A stretch of DNA of 64,000 bases from assembly GCA_965240325.2 (NCBI GenBank), contig OZ251223.1, positions 1,674,001-1,738,000 of the forward strand, written 5' to 3'. Below, piece after piece: positions 10,934 to 21,112 of the stretch (positions are counted from its first letter, which is position 1; every line of letters begins with the position of its first letter). The DNA comes from Rebecca billardiae RCC1528 (taxonomy: Eukaryota > Protista > Haptophyta). A model generated the notes under the pieces. The model was not told the DNA's origin and did no database searches. It was given only the letters and a program-made list of their open reading frames with translations. The translations under genes and the position numbers were made by a program.

Positions 10934-12388
10934 ATGCGGAGATCTGTTGAGGTGGCATTTGCTCTCGCGGGTGGAGGCGCCTGCTGGGTGGCGTTACGCC
11001 TTGCGCAGCGGCTCGCCCGCCGGCGACATGCGGACTCGCAGCTCGACGCGCAGGCGACCGTGCTCATGGAGGAGGCCTTCGACGTCAGCCCGCACAGGGG
11101 CTTCCTCGGCGTCGGTGCACCCTGCCAATGTCTCCCGATGGAGCACTCGAGCGCGTTCGAAGGCTGGGAGAGGCTCGCAGCAGAGACTCCCATGCTGATT
11201 CGCATGGGGCGGCTCCGACGGGTGGTGAAGCAGCTTCCTCCGCTCGACTGGCGCGCGCTGCGCGATGCAAACCCGCCGTGCGCGTGGCAGGCTTGCCCGC
11301 CGTCTTCACATGCGCTCTGGCGCGCGTACGCAATCCTAACGCTCGTGACAAACGCCTACGTTTGGCAGGGCGCGCCTGACGATGATCGATCTGCTCTTGT
11401 GCTGCCCTCGTCGCTCGCCACGCCGCTGCGCGAGCTTGCGGCCGAGCTGCGGATGCCGGCCGGCAGCACGCTGTCCAGCACGAGCCTGTGGAACTGGCAG
11501 CCTCGCGGTGAGGAAGGTGTCGGCGTGCTTGGACCCAGGCGGCACGCGCCATCGCGAGACGACCGTGCCCGCGCGTGGCGTGCAGATGATCACGACGTGC
11601 TGCTCTCGTTCACACGCAGCGTCTCAGAGGCGTGGTTCGACGTTTGCATCGCCGAGGTCGACGGCTGCGGCGGCCCTGCGCTGCTCGCTCTCGTGAAGCT
11701 CAAGCTCCTGCTGAGCGGCGAGCACTCCGGCGACGAGGCGGTCACGACGGTGCTCGTGGCGCGCTACCTACGCGTCATCCCGCCAGTGCTTCGGCGCGCT
11801 GTGCAGGCGCTGCACCGCATCCCCGAGAAGTGCCGGCCTGCGGAATTCCAAGCCGCCGTCCGGCAGTGGACGGGTGGTTGGCGCAGGGGAAAAGCGTTTC
11901 CCCGCGGCCTGGGCTATGAGACGCCTACTGGGAAGGTGGGGCGGCTGGAGTGCGGAGGTGTGAGCGGGGCTCAGAGCCCCTTCTTTGCGGCGCTGGATGC
12001 GGCGCTTGGCGTGGCCCACGGAGGAGTCGCCCTGGGCGCTGCTGTCGAGCGGGCCGCCCCGCCATCGGCGCGTGCTTTTCTTCAGTACATCAGCGAGCTC
12101 TGGCCAACGCTGCGGACATGGCTCGCCGCGCCGGGCCATGCGCATGCCCGCGAGGCCTACAACGAGGCAATCGCAGAGCTCGCCGCCTTTTGTGACGGAT
12201 ATCTCACCACCATGCACGAGCTCGGCCACCAGGGCGACACTGCCAGCAGCGGCAGCCCCGCTTCCAGCCTCACTCCCAGCCTCAGCCTCAGCCCCAGCCC
12301 CAGCCCGCCCAGCAGAGCTGAAAGGACGACGATGACGCCGACATCCACGGTTGACGACGATGTGGTGACGCTGAGGCTCATGCTGTGA
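10934..12388 (+). CDS. Indoleamine 2,3-dioxygenase-family protein, catalytically divergent, with N-terminal hydrophobic anchor
   Basis: FDVS..RGFL, NAYVW, LPSSLATPL, LWNW, FT....EAWF, RQWTGGW, GVSGAQS..F.ALDAALGV, PP..RAFL and YN.....L..F match the IDO-family motif order. Confidence 0.8.
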   Translation: MRRSVEVAFALAGGGACWVALRLAQRLARRRHADSQLDAQATVLMEEAFDVSPHRGFLGVGAPCQCLPMEHSSAFEGWERLAAETPMLIRMGRLRRVVKQLPPLDWRALRDANPPCAWQACPPSSHALWRAYAILTLVTNAYVWQGAPDDDRSALVLPSSLATPLRELAAELRMPAGSTLSSTSLWNWQPRGEEGVGVLGPRRHAPSRDDRARAWRADDHDVLLSFTRSVSEAWFDVCIAEVDGCGGPALLALVKLKLLLSGEHSGDEAVTTVLVARYLRVIPPVLRRAVQALHRIPEKCRPAEFQAAVRQWTGGWRRGKAFPRGLGYETPTGKVGRLECGGVSGAQSPFFAALDAALGVAHGGVALGAAVERAAPPSARAFLQYISELWPTLRTWLAAPGHAHAREAYNEAIAELAAFCDGYLTTMHELGHQGDTASSGSPASSLTPSLSLSPSPSPPSRAERTTMTPTSTVDDDVVTLRLML

Positions 12389-12814
12389 CTCAGTCGCACA
12401 GCGCTCGATAGTCCGACCGTAACGCCTAATAACTAACGTGATGTAGTGATGATGCGCGGCCGCCCTGCTGTATTCTAATGGCCCGCGGTGCAGGGCGGAG
12501 CGCGTAGCGTGGAGCCCCGCCGGGGGCCCTCACTACGTTGTCAAAAAGATCTTTTGATCAAAGAAAAGGGGATGGGGGACGATTTTGAGGGCTGTTGGAG
12601 GGTGAGTTTTCGACTTTTTGAGGGGGGGTATGCTGTCCATCACAGCTTAAAAGGCCGCGCCCGCTGCAATTATTCTTGTATCTACTATGGACGGACGTGG
12701 GATCAGATACCCCGGGGGTGAAACAAGTGAGTATTCCTATCCCTCTTGTATGCTGAAGTACGCCGTTTGCCGAGCGACGTTTGATTGTTTTGGGTCGAAA
12801 ACAGCTATGAAGCC

Positions 12815-12982
12815 AGATTCTTTTGAATAGTGCTTGTTCAAATACGTTACCCGTCTGTCTCGATGGATGAACCGCCTCGTCATATTAAAAGAGATTCTTT
12901 TCAATAGCGCTTGTCCAACCAAGTTACCCGCCTGCCTCGATGGATGAACCTCCTCATAATATTGAAAGAGATTCTTTTGAAT
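12815..12982. repeat. ~77-bp degenerate tandem repeat (GTTACCCG..TGCCTCGATGGATGAACC..AAAGAGATTCTTTT), with a further copy near 13562-13650
   Basis: Visible repeated units inside the element. Confidence 0.75.
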
Positions 12983-13129
12983 TCTGGTGAACACAGCTTT
13001 AAACAATTTTAATTCGTGAGAAAGCCCTGGGAGACCCAGCTCCGACCCCCTTTAATTGTGTGTCACCTACTGCTGTCCCAAGTAATACCGGAGTAGGAAT
13101 ACGAAGAATGGGGCCTCAAACGTTTTTTG

Positions 13130-13228
13130 ATTAGGCACGCCTCGGGAATCGAGAACGCACTTGGTTAATTTTTGCGCCAATTAGGGCACGCCTCGGGAAT
13201 CGAAGCGCATGTGGTTAATTTTTGCGCG
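13130..13228. repeat. ~50-bp tandem duplication (TTAGGCACGCCTCGGGAATCGA...TGGTTAATTTTTGCGC)
   Basis: Two adjacent imperfect copies. Confidence 0.8.
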
Positions 13229-15467
13229 CGCCGCATAGAGATGTCGTTGCGATTCCCACAAATCTGGCGGCGATCTTAGCGGTACCCCCTTACCCAGTTC
13301 ATACCGCCTATACAATACGGTAACGGTACGGACCTGGCGCGCCTCGCCGTGCACCGCACGAGGCCACGCGCCCCGGCGCGCGCGCGCCCAACTGCGAGAC
13401 GCCGGCAGCGCTCGACGCGTGCCTCGCGCAGCGCGGCTGGCGAGCACGCTGAACGGCGTGGACGAGGCGCGCAACGCGGAGCGCCGTAGGACGCGCTGTG
13501 TTCGACCAGCCCCACCGGGAAAAGGCCGCTAGGCCCCCGCTGTTTAGCGCTATTTAAAGCCAGTTACCCGCTTGCCTCGATGGATGAACCTCGTCCTGTG
13601 CCATAAGCCCATAATGAAAGAGAGGCGCTTGTGAAAACAGGTTACCCGCCCGCCAGCGTTTGCGGGAGGCGACACGCCCGAGGCAGCGGGCGAGGATGCC
13701 GTGCAAAGGCGTGCGCGCCGCGCCGGTGCCCTCGCGCCGGTGGCGTGGGCTGGCTGGCTGCTGGTCTCGCCCACGCGCCCCACTCGCCCCAAGCGCGCAA
13801 CGCCTGCGGGAAGCGCCGGCACCATACCTAACTAACCTGCGCGTCGACGCCCGAGTCCTGCCGCGGCCCGCGCCCTCGATCGATCGTCGATCGGACCGCG
13901 TGCGTGCGACTCCGTCCGCGCCCGCGCGCAGGGTGGGAGGGGCTGATGCAGGAGCAGATGCAGGACTACCTCGAAATTGCACGCGACGAGGAGGTGCCCA
14001 GCGCGCACTTTACGCTGCGCGCATCATCGAGTGGTCGCCCAGCGAGCGCGGGCAGCCACCGGGCCGGCTGACGGCGGGCGCAGCAGCGCAGCTGCCAGCT
14101 GCGGACGCGCAGCGGGCGCGGAGTGGAGGCCGGCGCGGCGGCCGGGCAGCGGCGGTCGGCGCGGCAGCACGCTCGTATACATCGCGGCAGCTACCGCCGT
14201 CGTGCGGGGAAAGCACACGCTCTCGGCGGCTTCCAAGATGCCGACGGGCCACGGCGTGCAGGCTGCGTGCGCGCTGCAGTGGCTGTGTCGAGCTGCTGCG
14301 GCGTGTGCTCGAGGCGCGGCGCTCGCACGGGCTACGCGGGCGCAGCGGGTGCGCGCAGCTGGCGCACGCAGTGCCACGTCCTGCGGCGCCAGTTTGGCGG
14401 CCGTCCGCCCCCCCGAGCTCGAGTTCTGCGCGCTTTGCGACGGCGCGGCCGGCCGCGCCCATCTGCCTGCTTGCTTGGGCACGCCAGCATGGCCGCCGCC
14501 GGGCCTGCTACGCGCGCCGAAGCTGGAGGGCGGAGGAGGGCGCTGGGCTGCTCCTACGGCGTGCTGCAGCCCGGGCAGGCTCTACCGCGGCGCGGCGAGG
14601 CCGTCGCGCCTGCTCGCCGCCGTCGAGTCGCCCGTGCTGCGTGACCCTCGGCCGCACGTGCTCGGCGGCACCGCAGCAGGCGTCCCATACCACGGTATGC
14701 TCGAGCCGCTGTGCGCACCCAAGGCGCGAGCTGCTCGAGCGGGCCAGGTGGGCCCAGGGGGTGCGCGCAGCTGGCACACGCAGCCCCGCGTCATGGGGTG
14801 TCGGTTTGACGGTCGCCAGCCCCTGTGGGCTCGAGCGCTGTGCGCTTCACCACGGAGGTGCCGGCAGCGCCCCGCGGCGCGCAACGGCGGGCCGCGGGGC
14901 AGCATGGCCGCCGCCGGCGCCGCCGCACATGCCGCCCGCTCACGGGCAGTCGAGAGCTTGGGGCAGCACCTACGGCGCATGCTGCAGCTCGGGCGGGCTC
15001 TGCCAGCCTGCTGTGGCGTGATCGCGCATTTTCCAGACCGTCGACTCGCCCGCGCTGCATAATATTCCATTATTCGTTTGCCGCGCGTGCTCGACGGCGC
15101 TCCGCGCTGCTGCTGCCGCTACGGCCGCGCGTTGGACGGACAGCATATGCCGACGGAGGGTGCACCGCGGGCCCCTAACTACGTTGGTTCTATGGAAGGG
15201 CCGCGGAACGCGGTCATATATATATATATATATAGTGTAACGGCGGAACGCGGCCTATATAATAATTCCAGCATCACTGGCTATGAATGTATACTAATAA
15301 CTGACTGCTAGCTGTACGATTCTTAGGAACGACCGTATACCCTATATATATCCTAATAAGACATTATAAGTATAGTCAGAGTAGACTCAGGCCGCCTGCG
15401 GCTCACGACGACTCACTAGTCTCAGATAGTGATGACTGACGGTGGATAACTCACTCTGCCTCAGATA

Positions 15468-18400
15468 GGGGGGCCAAACCGCCCATTTACAAATGAAAAG
15501 CAAAGTCGCGTCGCATTTTCGCTCCGCCCTCGGCCTTTTAGGGTGGCGCGGAGCCTTTTTCTCGGACCCCGCTCGAAAATCGAGCTTCACGCCTTCGGAC
15601 GCTCAGAGCTCGGTTCCGCTCCAGCGCGAGCGGCCGGAGGCAGTGGACCGCCGCGCGCTCGCGACCTTTGAGACGCCGAGATGGTCTCGGGTGCGCGCGC
15701 GCGTGACGCTGGTGGGCGCTACTGACCCGTGCCTTTGCGCCACCAGCGGCTCACCACCCGCTTCTTGGCCATCTCGCGCCGTGCGCGGCGCGCGTCGGCC
15801 GGCTTGAATTGGCGCGCTGCGTGCGCCCGTCACGCTACCGCACGGTGTGGCTCATGATCAACTCGCACAGTTGAGATCGATGCTCGCACCAAGTGCCCAT
15901 GTATGTATGTGGATGCCCAGCTCGCCTAACCTGCCCTGCTGCGCCGGAATCGCCGTCAGCAGACCGGCGCGAGCTCGCGCGCAACACCTCCGCGGAGCTC
16001 GCAACTGTCATGTTCCGCTTGTAGGGCCCGTGTTTGCACCTGCCGTGGCACTTGCGATGGTCAGTACGTTGGGTATGGGTCACGTGTGCCCTCTGATGGC
16101 GTCTGGGCGCCTCCCATTCGCCTCTCAGGACGTCGCGGACGTGCTCGCAGGCAGTCAGAGGCAGCGGTTGGCTCATTCGACAGGTCCGACGTGCACTCGA
16201 CCGTGCCTGCAAGCGCGCCCCTGTGACGCTCATGCCTGCAGAAGCAGATGCAGATGGGCCCTCATGCACCCTGGTGCGCCCAAGACCGGCGGGAGCGTCA
16301 GAGACCGTCTCAATCTTGACACCTTGCACACGCCGGCGCTTGCCGTTGGGCTCCGCGCAGCCAGCCAGGAGCGCCGAACAGCGCCGGATCAGCCTCTGTA
16401 GGCCGAATATCCGCCCCTAAGCCCAGAAATAGCGCGGAACAGGGTAGTGCGTACCTATATGGACCAATCCCATCCAGCCTGGTTTGGTGCAGACACGCCA
16501 GCCACCGCCTGGAGCAGACGTTTGCTGCCGAATCGCATGCTCGGCACTGTGCCGCACTGCGACGACGACAGATTTGACCTGCCTCGTAGGTCTCGGCCAG
16601 GGAGCGGTGACGGTTGGCTCGAGTCACTTTAAACCTTGACTATGACCGAGAGCACTCCCGGGCTAAGGACGTGGGGCCGGTGCTTTGGGTCTACTATGTC
16701 TGCAATACGCCGTACGCGTGGCCGTATACACAGTCTGAAAACGTATCTCGCAGCTCGAGATCAGACGAGGCTGTATTCATCAGCATGGCGCCTATATACA
16801 CAGTGGGTATGTAACGATCGGTGGCTTCTAGGAAACTACATATTTGACAGCCTGCCAGTACACAGCCTATATCGCATGTTGGGACCTGCTGCTGCTGGGG
16901 ACTCAGAACGATCTCGCTGAGATGCTCTATCAAAGTGAGGTCGACATGGTCACATGGTCTATATGTCACATATAGGACGATCGTTACATACCGTTTCCAA
17001 TAAGTTCAGGCTCATTCTAATGACCGCGTTCCGCGGTCCTTTTCCGTAGAACGAACGTAGTTCGGGGCCCGCGGTGGCGGTGCACCCTCCGTCGCAGTCG
17101 TCCCGTACACGTGTAACTAGACTCCATCCAGCGGCGCGCCGCCCCAGCGCCGCGCCGCCGCCGGCGTGCGCCGAGTGTGGATGTCGGTCGTCGGCCGAGC
17201 TGCCCTCATCACAGACGGCCCTTACCTGACCCCCTGCGCGTGCGCGACGGCCGACAGGCGGATGCGACTCGGCGTGATCGACGCACGAGCGCGACTCTTG
17301 CACGCCAGGCCACCGGCGGAGCTGACTGACAGCCAGGGAGCCGGACGGCGCGGGACCGCGCGGATTCGACCGTTCGTTCGGGCCTGCCGCTGACCGTCGT
17401 CGCCGCGACGCCAGCAGCGCAGGAGTAGATGATCTGCAGGTCAGTAGGGTTCGACCTGCGCGCCTGCGCGACGGCCGACAGGCGGGCGCGAGGCGTGAGC
17501 GACGCATGAGCGCGACTCTACGTGCACACCAGGCACCACGCGGCCGAGCTGACTGACCGCGAGCCAGGGAGCACGGTGCGAGCAGCCATGCAGCACCGGT
17601 GCTTGCGCGCGCCGCGCGTGCACGGGGTGACACACCTCGGTCAGGCTCGGCACGCGTCGCAGAGGCACGGCCAGCTCTGGGCACGCCAGGCGCCCAGGCC
17701 ACGCGGAGCTGACAGCCACGGGGAGCCGACGGCGCGCGGGGCCGCGGCCAGTTCCGAGTTCGACTTGCGCCTGCTCTGAAGAAGAGTTCTGGGAGACCCT
17801 GGCGGAGAGGCATGGCAAGGGGGGCGTGTGGTGAAGTCGGAGACTCAGAGATCGATCAGTCCGGCATCATGCGCCGCTGCCCCCGAGCTTGCGAGAGCCC
17901 GAACACAGGGCGGCGGCTGCGGCGGCGGCGGCGCGGCCGCGCGCCGGCCGGCCGCGCAGGCATCGACAGGGCGCGGCAGGGGCGTGCGGAGTGACTAGTG
18001 AGCGGGCACGAACGCGATGTCGACGGCCGTCGGGACCCGCCGCAGACGCGCGCTCCAGGCGCCACTCGGCACTTGCCACGCGCACCTGCCCATCGAGCGC
18101 CCCCTTGCGGACCAACCAAGAGTCGTCGCGGCTCGCTCGCCACCCCAGAAGAAACCTGCACAGCACGTCGTCCTTGCGACGGCGGCAGGTTTTGAGCTCG
18201 CCAGCTCGGTAAGTCAGTGACTATGGAATGGGCTGGCAACGAATAGCTGCGCGGGTATTTCAATAAGGCTTGCGGGTTTTAGACTCTAGATACCAACCGC
18301 CGCGAAGCCAAGTTCATATTCATCAAGGCGGAGGCAAACTATCACACATGAACGAGAGTCTACCCACAAAATCGCGCTCGTAACGAACCGTTACACTAAT

Positions 18401-18810
18401 GTCACGTCCAGCTGACGTCCAGATCGCACTTTACTTAAGGGAATCAGCTGGGCGCGGTTATTTTCGGCCTAATAGACCTCTCTATGCGATCTCAAAAACT
18501 CGAAACTCGGTCTCCGCCAGCCCTAAAAATCGCCCCCCGTCCCTTTTTTCTTGATCAAAGATCTTTTTGAAACGTGGTTCGGGCCCGCTGGTGCGGGCTC
18601 CACGCTGCGCGCTCCGCCCTGCACCGCGGGCCATAAGTAAATATGCTAGCCGTTACGCCCTATATTCAGGGTATGTGCACCTGATTTTTTTACATGGCCG
18701 GCCCAGACCCCTCCAGAGGGCAAATGATCCAGCCCGAAATCAGCTCTAAACACTCGCTAGGACCCGCGCTCGTGGCCGTCAGTAACGCTACAGTGCCACT
18801 TTGGCCCCCC
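15468..18810. mobile_element. Putative non-autonomous Mutator-like DNA transposon (short TIR) hosting a nested Helitron2-like copy
   Basis: Perfect 11-bp TIR GGGGGGCCAAA (15468-15478) / TTTGGCCCCCC (18800-18810). Flanked by TGCCTCAGATA (15457-15467) and TGCCTCAGACA (18811-18821), an 11-bp TSD with 1 mismatch. Confidence 0.65.
17021..18633 (-). mobile_element. Non-autonomous Helitron2/Helentron-like element, subfamily A, inverted (~1.61 kb)
   Basis: 18374-18633 is the near-identical reverse complement of 40103-40385. 3' hairpin GACCGCG-TTC-CGCGGTC at 17022-17038. Inner IR GGCCCGCGGTG at 17066-17076. Host A|T at 17020/18634. Confidence 0.8.
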
Positions 18811-18971
18811 TGCCTCAGACAGGACTGGTAGTACTCGTAGTCAGCATATATCGTAGTCGCGGAATGACGACGAATTCTGCTCCCTATATTGAACCCGCTG
18901 CCGCGGCCCGTAAGAACTCGTGTACGTCAATCGATCGGCACCGTTGTGGTAACCGCGTAGCTCAGAGTCGA

Positions 18972-19994
18972 TCATGACTGTGCTTTCCTCGCCGCAAGGT
19001 ATGCTGCTGCGGCGTCGACTGCCGCTTTCTTGCTCTGCGCAGGACTGTCCTGAAGTGCGGCACTGTCCGGGCTGCCTGCTGACGTCGTGGCCCCGAGCAC
19101 CTCGTCCCGAAGGAACTGCGCGTTACGGTCTTGCGCCTGGAGGAAGCCCGGCTCCACCGTGTCCACGCGCTCGCGTGCCTCCTGCAGGGACATGGCTGTG
19201 CCCTCCGCCACGTCCTGGAGTCCGGCCTCGCCTGCCTCACCGTCCACCCACGCATACAGGAGCGACCGGGCAATGCCCGCCTCCTCCTGAGCACGCGCAG
19301 CATCTCGGAGGGCACCCGACTCGTCCTGGGCGGCAAGCTCCACTGCCGCGGCGAGCTGCGGCAGGCGGTCGTTGTGATGCGCCACGAGCTGGCCGAACGC
19401 GTCACCACCGTCCAGCCCTGCAGCGCGCAAGGTCGTGAAGGCAAAGGCGAGGTCCAGGAGCACCGCAGCGACGGCTCCAAAGGTTGCCGCGCCGCGCAGG
19501 TAGGTGGCAAGGCCTTGCGCGGCAGTGGACGGCACTTTCGCCTCCTGGGGACAGTCAGTGTTGTAGTGCGTGCCCCCGCAAATGTAACAGCGGACCCCAG
19601 CACGGATCTCGCTTTCGGGTAGCTCGATCGACTTGCCCGCACTCGCCGCCGCTGCGAGCCACGTGTCGGCGTCCTTGAGGCTCGAGCTGTGTTCTGCGCG
19701 CATCAGCGACAGTAGCTCCTGTGCGGGAGGAGATTCCCGCGAATCAGCGCACGCCGCTTCGACGGAAGCCGTGAGCGCGTCAAGCAGTGCGGTGCGTGCC
19801 AGCAGGCAGCGGGTGAGCGATCCGTAGGGCAGTTTGCCGGTCCCGAGCTGAATGGACAACGGGTGGTTTGTCAGTGCGAGTGCATCCGTACGTGATGCAA
19901 GGGGCGACACGGCCGACGATGAGGCAAGGAGGGCCAGCCAGGACACGCCAAGCAGGAGTGGCTGTGCCTTCTCGCGACCGGCCTGGGCAGCCAT
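18972..19994 (-). CDS. Signal-peptide protein with TenA/heme-oxygenase-like helical region and a CCHC zinc-knuckle-like insert
   Basis: Hydrophobic N-terminus. HPLSIQLGTGKLP and PSTAAQGLATYL resemble TenA motifs. CYICGGTHYNTDC. Confidence 0.6.
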   Translation of the reverse strand: MAAQAGREKAQPLLLGVSWLALLASSSAVSPLASRTDALALTNHPLSIQLGTGKLPYGSLTRCLLARTALLDALTASVEAACADSRESPPAQELLSLMRAEHSSSLKDADTWLAAAASAGKSIELPESEIRAGVRCYICGGTHYNTDCPQEAKVPSTAAQGLATYLRGAATFGAVAAVLLDLAFAFTTLRAAGLDGGDAFGQLVAHHNDRLPQLAAAVELAAQDESGALRDAARAQEEAGIARSLLYAWVDGEAGEAGLQDVAEGTAMSLQEARERVDTVEPGFLQAQDRNAQFLRDEVLGATTSAGSPDSAALQDSPAQSKKAAVDAAAAYLAARKAQS

Positions 19995-20063
19995 TCTTGT
20001 CCGGGACAAGCGAGCCGCTGCCCGCTTGGCGCTTGGCCTCCGCGCGGTGCGTGGCCGCTCGCA

Positions 20064-20966
20064 ATGATGGCGTCGCTCGCTCGCTCATTGAGCTATTTGG
20101 CGCTTGTCTCTAGCGCCGGTGCTGTCCGCCGCGTGCTCGTGACAGGCGCGAACAAGGGCATCGGACTGCAGATCTGCAAGAAGATGGTGGCAACGGTTCC
20201 AGACGCGCACGTGATCGTGGGCAGCCGGTCGGCCGAACGCGGGGAGAAAGCTGTGGCGGACATCCTCGCCTCCGAGCCCTCAGCCGCGGGGCGCGTCGAG
20301 ATGCTCCAGCTCGACGTTTCCGACGAAGGATCGGTCACGGCAGCTGCGTCGGAGCTCGCAGCGCGCTACCCGTCTGAAGCGACGCCGCTCTACGGCTTGT
20401 GCAACAACGCGGGCATCGGCTTTGGACGCTCGATCAGCGAGACACTCGCCACCAACTTTTTCGGCACAGTGAGCTGCTGCACGCACTTCGTGCCGCTCCT
20501 CGATCCCGAGGTCGGCCGCGTGTGTAACATTGCGTCGGCGTCCGGCCCCAACTTCGTGCGCGGCCTCGACGCGGATCAGAAGGAGCTGTTCACCTCCCGA
20601 GCGACGACCTGGGACGAGCTCACCGCTTGCCTGCAACGCTACGCAGCGTGCACCGACTACGACGGTGTCGCGTACGGCCTGTCAAAGGCCGCCGTGAACC
20701 AGTACACGATGCAGCTCGCTGCGCAGCACCCGAAGCTGAAGATCAACTCGTGCTCGCCGGGCTACATCCTCACGGACCTCACGGCTGGCATGGGTGCCTC
20801 CAAACGCCCGGCGGAGTCCAACTGCCACGTTGCACCCCTCCACCTGCTCTTTGGCGATGTCGAGCATCCCGAGGTCAACAAGGGGCGATACTACGGCTCC
20901 GACGCCGTCCGCTCACCCTTGGGCGTCTACCGTGGCCCTGGGGACCCGCCGTACGTTGGAGACTGA
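20064..20966 (+). CDS. Short-chain dehydrogenase/reductase (carbonyl reductase-like)
   Basis: VLVTGANKGIG, LDVSD, NNAGI, YGLSK catalytic motif, PGYILTDLT. N-terminal signal-like sequence. Confidence 0.92.
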   Translation: MMASLARSLSYLALVSSAGAVRRVLVTGANKGIGLQICKKMVATVPDAHVIVGSRSAERGEKAVADILASEPSAAGRVEMLQLDVSDEGSVTAAASELAARYPSEATPLYGLCNNAGIGFGRSISETLATNFFGTVSCCTHFVPLLDPEVGRVCNIASASGPNFVRGLDADQKELFTSRATTWDELTACLQRYAACTDYDGVAYGLSKAAVNQYTMQLAAQHPKLKINSCSPGYILTDLTAGMGASKRPAESNCHVAPLHLLFGDVEHPEVNKGRYYGSDAVRSPLGVYRGPGDPPYVGD

Positions 20967-21112
20967 AGGCACCTGCGCGTCTTATTGCCCAGTGTCCGTT
21001 CATACTTCATTAGTATCATCGGACTGGATTCATCTCAGTGGTCGCTTAACTTCTATTCTGATGAGTGCCATGCCCGCCGCGGATGATGATGATGATACGA
21101 CTGACTCTAATA

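Larger units (their letters stand above)
12479..15216 (+). mobile_element. Non-autonomous Helitron2/Helentron-like element, subfamily A (~2.74 kb)
   Basis: A|TGGCCCGCGGTGCA start. Perfect 13-bp inverted copy TGCACCGCGGGCC at 15161-15173. 5' hairpin GCCCC-GCCG-GGGGC. 3' hairpin GGCCGCG-GAA-CGCGGTC-A|T followed by (TA)n. Confidence 0.78.

Noticed and set aside
13660-15070. Long overlapping ORFs inside the element as a transposase or ankyrin gene
   Set aside because: No HUH, helicase, DDE or clear ankyrin motif could be identified. They are Arg/Ala-rich GC shadow frames.
12479-18633. A single 6.1-kb element with long TIRs (12479 and 18633 ends are inverted)
   Set aside because: Each of these ends pairs with its own hairpin-type 3' end (15216 and 17021), as in the 40103-41384 copy. 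They are two inverted elements.
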